Shown one piece after another: positions 13,509-26,200 of a stretch of DNA of 64,000 bases; position 1 is the first letter of the stretch, and every line of letters begins with the position of its first letter. Under the pieces are notes generated by a model, which saw only the letters and a list, made by a program, of their open reading frames with translations, made no database searches and had not been told where the DNA came from. The stretch spans positions 39,928,001 to 39,992,000 of the forward strand of contig OX597832.1 of NCBI GenBank assembly GCA_951406725.2, written 5' to 3'. The DNA comes from Octopus vulgaris. Taxonomy: Eukaryota. Both the position numbers and the translations under genes were made by a program.

Positions 13509-13963
13509 ATGTATATATATATGTGTGTGTATATATATGTGTGTGTGTGTGTATATATATATGTGTGTGTGTATATATATGTGTGTGTGTGTATATATAT
13601 ATGTGTGTGTGTGTATATATATGTGTGTGTGTGTATATATATATGTGTGTATATATATATGTGTGTGTGTGTATATATATATGTGTGTATGTATATATAT
13701 ATATGTGTGTGTGTATGTATATATATGTGTGTGTATGTATATATATGTGTGTATGTATATATATATATGTGTGTGTATGTATATATATATATGTATGTGT
13801 GTGTCTATGTATGTATTTGTATATATATATAAACAGCATGATAAGAGTATCTCTGTGTGTATATATATATATATATATACACACACACATACATATATAT
13901 ATATACATACGTACACACACACACATATATATATACACACACACACTCTTATCATGCTGTTTA
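13445..13963. repeat. Compound (TA)n/(TG)n/(CA)n microsatellite with internal inverted repeat
   Basis: Direct reading; source of the spurious YI/CV/HT ORFs. Confidence 0.95.
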
Positions 13964-15087
13964 CGCTTCCGTTGCACACACTGTCGCCATTGGACCATGA
14001 AATAACTCGACTGTCTGAAAGGAACCAGCTGAACATTTTCGCCTCTTCTTCTTCATCTCCTCACTCCGTCCTCCTCCGTCTGTGGGGGAGGGGAAATTCA
14101 CTCGCAGCGATCTGCCTGTTGTTGTTGTGTCTCTAACCGACCGATTTCCTCTCCTCGGTTTCGATTCCCCGACGGGTCAACCGAAGAAGCATTTCTATGC
14201 TTTTCAGAGTAGAACAACAACACGAACGTTGTTGATGTTGTTGCTGTAATAGGAATTCTGTTGTTCATGACTGGCTTCGTTCCATCATGCGTTGCATTGT
14301 TTATTTAACCCCACGCCAAGTCTTGATCCAACACTCATTGATCGAAGGCGTTCCACTCATGACCAGATTTTATTTTATTTTCCTTCTTGGACATATCAGC
14401 GGTGGTGCCCCAGCATGGCCGTGACCTTCAGGCTAAAACATTTTTAAGGATTTAAGGACATATCTAGATCTAGCTAACTAACGTATTATTTAAAGAATAT
14501 AGAGCGCGCCTGTTTTGGCTGCTATTTTTAGTAAATCAAGCCACCTCCTCTTATTGTCACTTTCTGCGTGTGGCGGTGCTATTGACACACACGTTTTACC
14601 CCTGCCTCTCCAAATCGGTGGGTGTGCTGATGAATGTAGCCTCACCCCAAACTGGTGTAGAGGTGTGTTCTTCTCTCTCCATCATGTGAGACACATGATG
14701 AGGCACACACGTGACTGACAAGAACCTGGATCGTATGTTGACTCACTCCCCCCCCCCCCACTCTGCACAACTGAACATTGTAACACACCTATGTGTGTGT
14801 ATAGGTGTGTATATGAAGCTGTTTCTTGTTTACCTGGTTGTACGTGTCGCTTCAACGAATGTGCAGGAGTCTGGCTGGAGAAGCTTACTCGTTGGATCAT
14901 CAGTGCGTCAAACGAATACATTCGGCGTGTATCGAGTGCTCCCACCCGTGTCTCTACACTCAAGCGTGCACGTATATATATATATATATATAGAATGTGC
15001 ACAGACATACGCACACTTATATGGTGTTTTAAGTCTTGATAAATTTACAATACTGATGTAGGTGTTTGAGCAGTAGTGGTGTGTGGG

Positions 15088-15242
15088 TGGATAGATAGAT
15101 AGACTGATTGATAGGTAGGTAGATTGATTGATAGGTAGGTAGATTGATTGATAGATAGGTAGATTGGTTGATAGATAGGTAGATTGATTGATAGGTTGGT
15201 AGGTAGGTAGATGATAGATAGATAGGTAGGTAGGTAGATAAG
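15088..15242. repeat. (GATA/GGTA/GATT)n tetranucleotide repeat
   Basis: Direct reading. Confidence 0.95.
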
Positions 15243-18156
15243 GTCAATAAAACATTATGTAATGTATAAATATAGAATGCTTTTATTCAGTGTAATATGA
15301 CGAATGAAGAAAACCCGTAGCTTCTTCTCTGGTTTGCAGTGACTTCCGGGGAGAAACGGTGGAGTGTATTTTAAGGAGTATTATTTTCAGTGTATGACTC
15401 GTTTCTTTTGGGGAGTCACTTTGAATCGCCACCAGCACCCTTGACTCACTCAGCTGGTGTGTTTTTCGGTGGTTGATCGGTTATCTTCGGTTGTGTGTTA
15501 AGAGAGGCCTTCCACATCCTACAAATGAATCGGTGAATGAATGTTTTTGGCTCGATTCGATTAATCGATTTTTCTTTTTCTTTCCTTTGTGTGTGATTTT
15601 AGAATGGGTTTTCCCGTCTTATAAAACTGCGTATTAACCTGGTCGTTTCTTTAACCGGCAACAAACAACCATTAACAACCTACTTTTTTCCTTTTCCTCT
15701 CTTTTGCACCTGAGTCATTGCTTTTACTTTTATCACCTTAACGAAGATAAGTTGGCTTTTTTGTTTTCTTTTTAGGTTACCTTGAGTTGCACATTTTCAA
15801 CCAAAACTTCTCTTACATTCTTCCACATCTTTCTCTAAAGTTCATTTTGGAGTTTCTATATCAGGTTTGAGCAACCCTTTTCAAGAAGCGGGCCGCATAA
15901 GACATAGCTTATAAATCAGGCGGGCCACACTACTACTAAAAAAAAAATTCAAAGTAATTTTCCGTTGGGCGTGTCGTTCAGAAAATCTCACGAATCGCAG
16001 TTCGCCCATGATTAATCACTCGATCTGCCAGAAATAACAGCCAAGTTCTCTTCCGGACTGTATGTTTACTATCTTGAAAAAAAAAAAAGAGAGAGAGAGA
16101 AATATTGCTATGGTAAAAACTGGACACATAAATGAAACAGGTTTGAGTGCTTTGGTCAATAGATCTGTTTAATCGGAGCAAACAGGGAAGCGGAAGGGTT
16201 AAACGGGTGTTGTCTGCGCAAAATGAGAAGAGGTTTCAAGCGTCTGAACCAGTGTAAAATGGTTTGGGACAAAATGGTGCGAGGGCTTAATGAATCAAAG
16301 CTGTGTTTTGCTTCAGCTTTTGATACGCAAACTGTTGGATGACGTCAGACGTGGTGACCTCCTTTCAGAAACCTGGACTCCTAATTGTTGACATGTTTTT
16401 GTTTGAACGTGTTCTGTGGCACTTTGAGGCTGTCTGCTGTTATTTTAACATGTCATGCCTATTGTGGTGGCACTCAGAGCCCAGCCACCCACCCACCCCC
16501 TGCTGCTTCCTCTCATACATATTGTTTTGTACACTAATGGTTCCTGGTATAAAGCTATTATTATGTCTTTATATATTTAATTATTCAGTTAATTTGGCTT
16601 GGCTGCATTCTAATTAACATTCATACAGCTGGCGCCCTGCCCGATAGCAGCGCCAAGGCAACACCAAGAGGTAGCTCGACCTGTTAGAAAAAGCAACCAA
16701 ATCTCTCCAATCACTGTCCATTAGATAATATAATCTTACCTGCGCCTGAAAAAAAAAACGGGATGGTCATTAGTGGAGTGCATTTGATTATAGGTTTGTC
16801 GCTCTTGGTTGACCTGGATTACCCAACATCAATGGAAACAGTTCTATTGACTTTACCAATTAAAGGTGGTAGGAGACTTTCTCTAGCTGCTAGAAGTCGG
16901 GTCTTTGGATAACAACCTACCATCTTAATAGGATAAAAAAAGGGCCCATCAGATAATGTAGTTCTAGATAAACTGAATAAAGATGATATGGCTGGAGAGA
17001 TTTAACCATGGATAAGTCTATTCTCTTGTGTACCTTAAATTACTACACTATCGTTCTAATGAGGGAGCCTTTATGTGGCCACCCGACCTGCAAAAATAAC
17101 AGCCAAATTTCCTTCAAACCGCACCACACATTGGGTAATGTAGTCTTAGGTATGCAATACCTGGACGAAGAAAAAAGATATAGTGATGGCTGGAGCAGCT
17201 TTGATCATAGGCTTCCTTAATCAGGTCTGACTCAACACCTTACTGTTACAGCTTCAGACTATTGTACAATTTTTCTTTCCACAGTTTGATCACAAAGTTC
17301 TTGGGGAGGGTAATTACTCTGTCTCTATTTCAACCATTTCAAATCTCATCTTAAGATAATTTTAGTTGCCTAATTGTTTCATCATTACTGCAGGTCCTTT
17401 TAAAGATTAGGTTGGGAAGTAATCTTTACAATTAGATTTGATTCAATTTTCTGAAATAATTTGAAGATTAATCCCGGATTGAACAGAGACTGTATGAAAT
17501 TTCAAAACGGGATTACCTCATTGGGTGCTTTGATCCTCTCTTTTACTATCTTTCATATAAATTCTGTCTTGCATCTGCTCTTTTGAAAAAGAGCAAACCA
17601 TTTCATCTTCTGTCTTTGCCTTTACTTGTTTCAGTCTTTGGACTGCAGCCATACTAGAGCACTGCGTATAAGGATTTAATCAATCAAATTGACATCCAGT
17701 ACTTTTTCTATCAGCCTTCTTTGCCAAAGTGTCAAATTACGGGGATATAAATTTGATTCACTCACAAGACGTTGGTCAACTGAGGGTTATGGAAGAAGAA
17801 ACTTGCCTAAGGTGACACACATTGTGACCGAAACCTAACCATATGGTTGCAAAGAATGCTTCTTAACCACTCGGCCATACCTGTGAAATTAGGCTGAAAT
17901 TTTCTGTATAGACTGGTTATTATTATTTGTTACAAAGGGTTAAGTTAGTTATTTAACTTTTGATATCACAAAATATTTTCCAAGGCTAAACCGTACATAA
18001 AGTGATAAAGATGTGAGAATTTGTCACTTGTCACTTTCAGAATTGAATTTCCTACTGTGTAAGCTGTGAATGATTTGTATTTTGTATGTCAACATTACTC
18101 AATGCCATTTGGCATTGCTTTTACCATTCTCTTATTTTTGTGTGTGTATATATATA

Positions 18157-18605
18157 TCATCATCATCGTTTGATGTCTGTTTTCCATGCTAGCATGGGTT
18201 GGATGGTTCGACCTGGGTCTGGGAAGCCAGAAGGCTGCACCAGGCTCCAGTCTGATCTGGCAGTGTTTCTACCGCTGGATGCCCTTCCTAATGCCAACCA
18301 CTCCGCGAGTGTAGTGGGTGCTTTTTACGTGCCAGGGGAGTCTGGCATCAGCCACGATCGGTTGGTGCTTTTAACGTTCCACCGGCACGGAAGCCAGTGA
18401 AGGTGGCGCTGGCATCGGCCACGTTCAGATGGTGCTTTTTATGTGCCACCGGCACAGAAGCCAGTCGAGGCGGCCCTGGCATCAGCCATGTTCGGATGGT
18501 GCTTTTTATGTGCCACCGACACAGAAGCCAGTCGAGGTGGCGCTGGCATCGGCCACGTTCGGATGGTGCTTTTTATATGCCACCAGCACAGAAGCCAGTC
18601 GAGGC
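18157..18605 (-). mobile_element. Family G element with expanded ~59-bp internal tandem repeat
   Basis: Repeated ggtgctttttatgtgccaccggcacagaagccagtcgaggyggcgctggcatcggccacgttcggat units. Confidence 0.85.
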
Positions 18606-18654
18606 TTGTATGTATGTATGTATGTATAATATAATGTTATATTATAGAATAAAG

Positions 18655-19020
18655 GGTGTTCGTGTAGTATGTGATCTACAGCAACTTAAATCTAGATTTG
18701 CTTGTGATCTACATTCAAAATTCTGTTATAAATCTGCAATTATAATTAGAAGAGTAAGTTAATCATTTAAAAAAAAAGAAAAATTTCTATTGATTTTTAT
18801 TTCGTACTAGAAACCTGAATACTGTGACAGCCTTGTAGTCTTTTGCTTTCATTATGACTTCTTTCAATGGGCTGCTCAGGACTAAAGGTGTTTAAATCAT
18901 AAAAGCTTTTTTGGTTTATATACCAAACCAACCGGAAATCAAGTAAATACGTGAATTTTAAATGTAGATCACAGGCCACACCAGAAACGTGTATGTAGAT
19001 CACACACTACTACACTGGCA
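18655..19020. mobile_element. MITE-like element with bipartite inverted repeats
   Basis: gtagtatgtgatctaca...tgtgatctacattcaaaattc at the left mirrors gaattttaaatgtagatcaca...tgtagatcacacactac at the right. Confidence 0.6.
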
Positions 19021-22000
19021 CCTGATAAAAGTTGTTTATTTTTACATTGTTGACTAAATCAAGTTTTAGACGACATCCATAGCTAGAAGCTATATGGTAT
19101 TGATGTTTCTGTATGCATGTATGAAGCACTTGTACAGGTGCCACATAAGATACACCTGGGTGGTGCCTTGTATGAAGCACCTCTGTTGGTGCCACATATA
19201 AAACACCCGTGCCAGTGCCACATAAAAGCTCCCACTACGCTCTGTAAAGTGGTTGGCTTTTAGGAAGGGCATCCAGCCATAGAAACAGACAATCGGAGGC
19301 CTGTACAGATCTTCGGCTGGCCAGCTCCTATCAAACTGTCCAACCCATGCCTGCATGGAAAACAGACATTAAATGATGATTGATTTGTAAAGCGTTCAAT
19401 GAATGTCTGTATGAACTCAGTTAATTAATATAACATGGACATCTAAAAATTTATGTATTTCATAATTGATAAAATAGTATCTTTTTTTCAAAACAAATTG
19501 AATATATATATATATATATATGGAAGCTAATTGCAACCAGTTCACCTGTACCTAACTTTCTGAATCAATGAGAAGGCATTGATGGTTGCTCAACCTAGAA
19601 GAAATAGCAACCAAATCTCCCTCAAATCACACACAGCTATCTAAAAAGAAAGATTGTGACTGATGAAATATCTTTGAGATCTACTGGTCAGGGTTGGTTG
19701 AGGACTAAACACTAATATAATCCATAAGGTGAAGTACTTTGGGCAAGTGTCTGCTAGAGTCCTGGGCTGACCAAAGCCTTGTGAGTGGATTTGATGACAG
19801 AAACTGGAAAGAGAAAAAAGTGTCATCATTATTGTTTAATGTCTGTTTTCCATGCTGTCTTGAGTTTGACAGGAGCTGACAAGCTGGAGAGCTGTCCCAG
19901 GCTCCAATTGTCTGTTTTGGCATCGTTTCTATGGCTGGATGCCCTTCTTAATAATGCCAACCACTTTGCAGAGTGTACTGGGTGCTTTTACGTGGCACCA
20001 GCACCTGAAAGACAAAGACCACTCAGCTGGGAGAGATCATGGCAGGCATGGCCATAAAGAACATGCCTGTATGTGTGGATGACTGCTGTTTTATTTAGTT
20101 TTACACATCTTCTCAAGTACAGCAAATCACCACAAGTCTCCATCCCTTGTCATCTCAGTGAGGCCCAGTGTCTGAAGATCCTTTCTCACTCCTTCATCTC
20201 ACATCTTAGAAGTGTGTCATATGTGTGTGTGCTTGTGTTTCTTTGTCTTACATTGCCTGTTTCTTGTGAGTTTCATTCATTTCCAATCTGCTTCACAAAC
20301 ATGTCAGGTCATGGGGAAATGTTATCTCGTTTGGTGACCAGAAGGGTTTCTATAAACTCTGCCCAACATGTACCACCTTCATTCTTTTTGGAATACAAGA
20401 CAAAAGAAACGGCATTCTTCTATTTGTATTTATTTCACTTCTCATACAATGGACACCTTTCACTCATTAATCTTCAAATTTCAGCAGGAAAAAATTCCTG
20501 TTTTTACTTTACGTGTCACAACATCAACTGGGAGCCTTAGTGGGTGTCATTTGCCAGGAATATGGTACCTGTGACCCTTAAACATGATAATGATATCTCA
20601 AGGTGGTGGGAGTCACAAAGTAGCATTTCTTGTTGTTTAGCATCCGGTCATTCCTGCTCAGCAGAGATCTCTGAGGAATAATTCTCCATTCATGATTATC
20701 AGCTTTTATTCGGACGTAGTGTATCTTGGATTGCATTATCTGAATGTATTGTTTGTGTTTTTTTAAGTATGCCAATGTGCAGTCTTCCTTGTTTGCTTGT
20801 GTTTGTATCTGAGTGTGGGTGTATATAGGGATGGAAAATAGGGAGTGAAGACATCCAGGCTAATACGATCATCAGCACTGCATGTGGGAAAAAAAAACCT
20901 GGTTCACAGAATGTCAAATGAGCAATATAGAAATTTGGTGAAACCCAGCAGGCAAAAAACTTGCAAACTAAATCTGAGGACATTTACCAATCAGTATGCT
21001 GATACATCGGTTGCAGAGCATAATAGCAATCAGACCAGAAAAATATGCAGATTATATTACATAACTTTATTCTAGATTTTGATCATTTCAGTTGGCTAGA
21101 GGAACCATTTCCTCACTATACATTGGTTTATATACATAAGCAATCAGTTCTCAACCATTCTCATCAAGCCCTTCTCAAGCCTTCAGTCTCGCCTACTTTT
21201 GTATATCATCAAAGTGATGTTGATAATATATAAGCATGAGTGAGCACTTGGGAAACCATCCAACAGATAGATAAAGCTCCATTCACCAAAATGGCACAAA
21301 CACTGCATCATTAGTTGTCTCTTCTTTTTCTATTATGACAGTTTCTGTTCCTTTAAGTTAACTATTGTACATCTGCTGCTCAACTCTACTCATTGTGCCA
21401 TCTCTTGTTATAATGTTACCATAACTAAGTAAATATCTCACTTGGTCCTTAGTCTCCAGAGCTGGAACTCCCTTCTCTTTTGACGTGTTTCCTTACAACC
21501 AAGCAGAATACAGCAGACACAGTTTCTCTTTTCCTCAGACTAAATACCAAACGAGAAAACAAGTTGAGTGAAAAATTAGCTGTTGTATTATTGACTAATG
21601 AGTGAATTAGTATGTTGGGTGGTTTAGTCTGGAAACTGTATCATTGCTAATATTAGAATGGCACCAATTGTGAACAATCAACAGCAGATTTAAGTTTTTT
21701 CCTCATCAGAAAATATCTTGGAATCTGGAACATAAATAAAGCAAATATATAGAAATAACCTTTCTTGTTTCCTGCTAGTAATAATAAGATGGCCTACATC
21801 TAATGTGATTGCTTTGATTAGTTGTTGCTTTTGCCTCAGAACAACCTAGATTAAGCAGATCCAGAATTAAAGGCAGTCTACCCAAGACCGTCTGGTCATT
21901 TAGAGGGATATTTCATATTACATGTTTGGTTGTATCAACTGTAGTACATGATAATGCCTGTTATATCAGCTGTAGTACATCAATATAAAATTTGTTACAC

Positions 22001-23179
22001 TACTGTACTATAGAGTATTTAACTCAGAGTATATACTGGTGTGCTGTAGATTATTTTATGCTGACCAGTGGTCACAATATTGCTCAGTGATAAATTTAGT
22101 GTTTTATGTCAAAGTTAGTTCAGTTTTATAAGGTGGAGTCTAGAATTGGCAGCAATGGGTGAGGTTTTGTGTTGGCAGTAATTAATGAAAAAGTGAGTTT
22201 GTAGAATCTCAGTAAGATTGCCATGGGGATTGGAAAGCCTAATATCTCATCAAGCTCATGTCTTACAATGGAGAGAAGAGAAAGATGGTGCTGTTGGCAT
22301 GGCAGCCGTGGCTGTTGTCATCTGATGTTGAGGTTTCTCTCCTTGTAACTGGAATCAATAGACTTGTCCAGCTATTCTCTTCTTTTCACTGTTTCATCTT
22401 GACGTTGGCTGTTTTTGTCTTTGACATTGAACAGAAATCTTGTGTAGTCCCATATCAACCTTAAATGTGCAAACCTAAGACCAAATGCATTCCAGCCTTG
22501 CCCAACCATCCTATCTGTTATAGGGGTATTTAGGATTACATTATATTGTCCAATATCTCTTTCTCCCTTTTCAGTGTAGTAAGGTGTGATTTCTAGCAGT
22601 TGAAGTCTTCCTCATTAGCTATGGTTCCATGAATTTGTACATCTTATATTATTAGTTTGTGGTTCTCTAATTAGCCAACTCTTTCCAGAAATCTTGTCAT
22701 GCTATGAATAATTTTACGGTTTTCAACTCATCATATTCACTGATTCACAGGCAGATTTATCGCATATTCCTAGTTTCATCAAAGTGACTGAAAAAGTTAT
22801 AACGGTACCAGGCTGCATGACTAATTCTTTAGTAAAATTATCCATGTACCACTCAGGTGTTCTAGTCATTTAACCTGCTTCACATAGGAAGCCACTCAAA
22901 ATAATCGTGTCTCTAGTGAAACTCTTGAAATCAAAACTTAAAACTAGTTTTTTCTAAATATAGGATTTCTTTTAGCTATTGACAAATGTAGAACCAATTT
23001 GACAGAAATTCAAGATTCTTTTAGTCAGTCTTCCATGTTTTGCCTTAAAATTCCCATGTTTCAAATTCTGTTACATTGACATTTCTGAAGTTTTAAAAAT
23101 GATTTTTTTCTGCTGTAGCTCATCCTGATATTTTATTTTTATTCCAGTATAAGATTTTCACCAGTCCTCTTGGTAGATA

Positions 23180-23293
23180 ATGCCACTGTTTGGAAAATCT
23201 CCCAAAAGTCCACAGGAATTAATTAAAAGTCTGCGAGATGCTATGCTATCATTATCAAAAGAGCCCGGAAGGGGTGACAAGAAGTCGGATAAG
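23180..23293 (+). CDS. CAB39: CAB39 coding exon 1 (acceptor at 23147, short 5'UTR from 23148)
   Basis: [38 protein letters not shown] then gtaaat; missed by the ORF track. Confidence 0.95.
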
Positions 23294-26200
23294 GTAAATA
23301 TATTGTTTTCAAAATGTTAATTTTTCTTTAGTAAAAAAAAAAAGTGAAATTCTATTCAGTGTATGGCTAAATTAATTCAAGGATAACGATTATTTACTGT
23401 TTGTTTAGTCCCCTAAAGTTAAAAGGAAACCCTTTTAGGAAGAAGTTCCCTTCTAATTAATAGTCAGTATTTAAATGACTCTTCTAATATCTTCTAGTTT
23501 TAACTGGCAGAACTTGTACATTGTCTTTTCACAAATTTGCCCAACCAAGTGCACAGCTAAAACAACTTGAAATTCTGCATAAGAGAATTAGGTTCATTTC
23601 TGCCATGAACTCATATTTTTGTGGTTATTTCGTGTGGATCTTCAACTCTTCATTGTTTCTGGTTATTCAACGTCACCAACACCTTGGCTGGGGATTTGGA
23701 AGAAACACGGAGTACCAGGCTCAATATTTTTCAGCTTTTAGTTGCATTTATTTAGAATTCAACAAAGTTACCTGCTTTGATATTATATTTCCAGTATCAA
23801 TAAAACTGATTTAGTCAACTAAATACTTCCCTCTTCTTACACTTGTACTGTCTCAAAAAGAGTATTAGACATTTTTTCAGATGAAATTTAAGCAAGCAAT
23901 ATATTTCTCTCATTGGTTTGAATGATTCTTACTTTGGATATATTGAACCCTACACCATAGACATTTAAAGTTAATTAAAACTGTGGACATATTAGAAACA
24001 CTACTCCATACTTAATTAAATCCAGCTATAATTGCGGATGTGTTGGAGCACAGTTGCATAAATGTTGAAGTCCAATTATGACTGGGCATATTGCAGCACT
24101 CCACTAATCATGTTTAAAACTAATTAAAGTTTTCTTATGTTGCTGACTACAAGCTGTGAAAACTGAGTCTTGTAACTACATTTAACCCATTAGCATTCAG
24201 AGTACTCGGTCAAATGTAGTGTTTATTTATTCACATTATTTGCAATTAATTGTACATTATCTCATAGCTTTGAGATTTCAATGATGTGATTGTTTATTTT
24301 TAGACTGACATCAAAGGGTAGGTCTGAGAGATTGGATCTGGTCAGTTTGAACATAAAACAGTTAGAATATTTGGGCCAGATATGGTCAGTTTAAATACTA
24401 AAAGATTAAGAATTGTGTATCAGTTTTCAAATTTTATTTTAGCTCTCTCTCTCTCTCTAATATGTTCCTTAGCAGATGAAGCAGGTTAACTTTGCAGTTT
24501 CTTTATTTATACTCTGATGAAAATATTTCAAACTATGTAGTATTTCCTAATTTATTCTCCTGAACTTCTTAATATAACTTAACTATTTATCAACGTTGGC
24601 TTCATTAAGAGGAAAATATTGAAAAATAATTTACCTTAATTGTTGAATTATTATTCTTAAGGACAAAGATGTTCATATAACGAATTTCACAAAAGCTAAA
24701 AGACTTGGTCATTTTTATTTTGTTTTGCTTTCTATAACTTTCCAGGCTTCTGAGGAAGTATCGAAAAACTTGAATATTATTCGCAACATGCTTTATGGGA
24801 GTGGAGACCAGGAGCCCCACACAGAAGTGGTGGCTCAGCTGGCTCAAGAGATGTACAATGGCAACATGTTTCAAGTTCTGATCAAGAACCTCAACAAAAT
24901 CGATTTTGAGGTAAGTCTTCTCCAACCTATCAGTTTTCACTCGTTCCATAAAACAACAGCATTTTGTCTGCCTTTTAACATCCTGTTGCCTGTCCGTTCA
25001 TTTATTTGTGTTCTCAATTTCAACCCCTAAAAACTTGAAAACTAGCTTTTTCTCACTGCTGCTATGCCTGCATGCACAGATTGTATAACAATGATTGTCA
25101 TACAATATGAGCTTTTGACCTGATAAAAACAGCAGGTAAAGCAATCTCAGAAATTAGATACATTGGATAAACCAGAATTGCTCAATCAGGGCTGACATTG
25201 AGCCAGAACAGTAACAACACTTTATATTCTCTTGCTCTGTGTAACATTCTATGTAATCTGTGGATATGCATGTATAGTGTCTTCTGTATTTGCCATCTGA
25301 GACAGTACAGTGTTATATAAGACACTGCTGTATATCTTGTTTCAGTCAATAGGCTGCAGCCATGCTGAGGCACTGCTGCCTTGAAGAATTTTTAGTTGAC
25401 TGAATTGACCCCCCGGTACATACTTAAGCTTGGTACTTATTCTGTTGGGGCCCTTCTGCTGAACTGCTAACTTACAGGGATATAAACAAACCATCACTAG
25501 TTGACAAGCAGTGGTGGGACACACACACAGACATATATATGAGCTTCTTTCAGTCTCCGTCTACCAAATCCACTCATAAGTCCAAAGCTACAGTTAAAGG
25601 TACCATGTAGTAGGGCTGAACCAGGGACCATGTGATTGGGAAGCTAACTTCTTACTGTGCAGCCATGCTTGTGCCTGTATGATGCCAAAAATTGTTCCAT
25701 AGATATGCTTGAATATCAAATATTGGTTACATTGATGGTCAACAGATGTGAAAGGATAAGTTTTCTCTGATAAAAGTTGCAGACTTCAACTCTCTCTCTC
25801 TCGCTCACTCATATACACCATTCTGGTTGCTGAGCTGGCACCAACTTTAACCTTATTTCACAACTAAGTAGTTAGTTGGGTAGGGAGGCCATCCAACTGA
25901 AAAAAAGCCCCAAATGTCTGCAAGCTTATGATAGAAGATTGTAAGGTCTGTACAGTGTGGAAATCATGTGGTTGCAAAGTGAACTTGTTAACTACACTGC
26001 TGTACATATGTCATTGGTTTGACATCTACTTTTCTATGCTCTCATGGGTTCGGACGGAATTTTATTGAGGCAGATTTTCAAAAGTCAGTTGCTTTTCCTG
26101 TCACCAAGCCTCACCTGTTTCCAAGCAAGGTAATATTTCCTCATGGCCAGACATGTTTTCCTGGAAGATTGGAAATGGAGGTCAACACTTGCATGATGGT

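Noticed and set aside
13401-14136. Long ORFs (121-223 aa) on both strands
   Set aside because: Translations of TA/TG/CA microsatellite; no coding complexity
18290-18605. CRISPR-like regularly spaced repeats
   Set aside because: Eukaryotic context, units are near-identical along their whole length with no unique spacers, and no cas genes; it is an internal repeat of a retroelement
22660-22940. Coding-like stretch on the minus strand upstream of CAB39 exon 1
   Set aside because: Contains stops and matches no family I recognise
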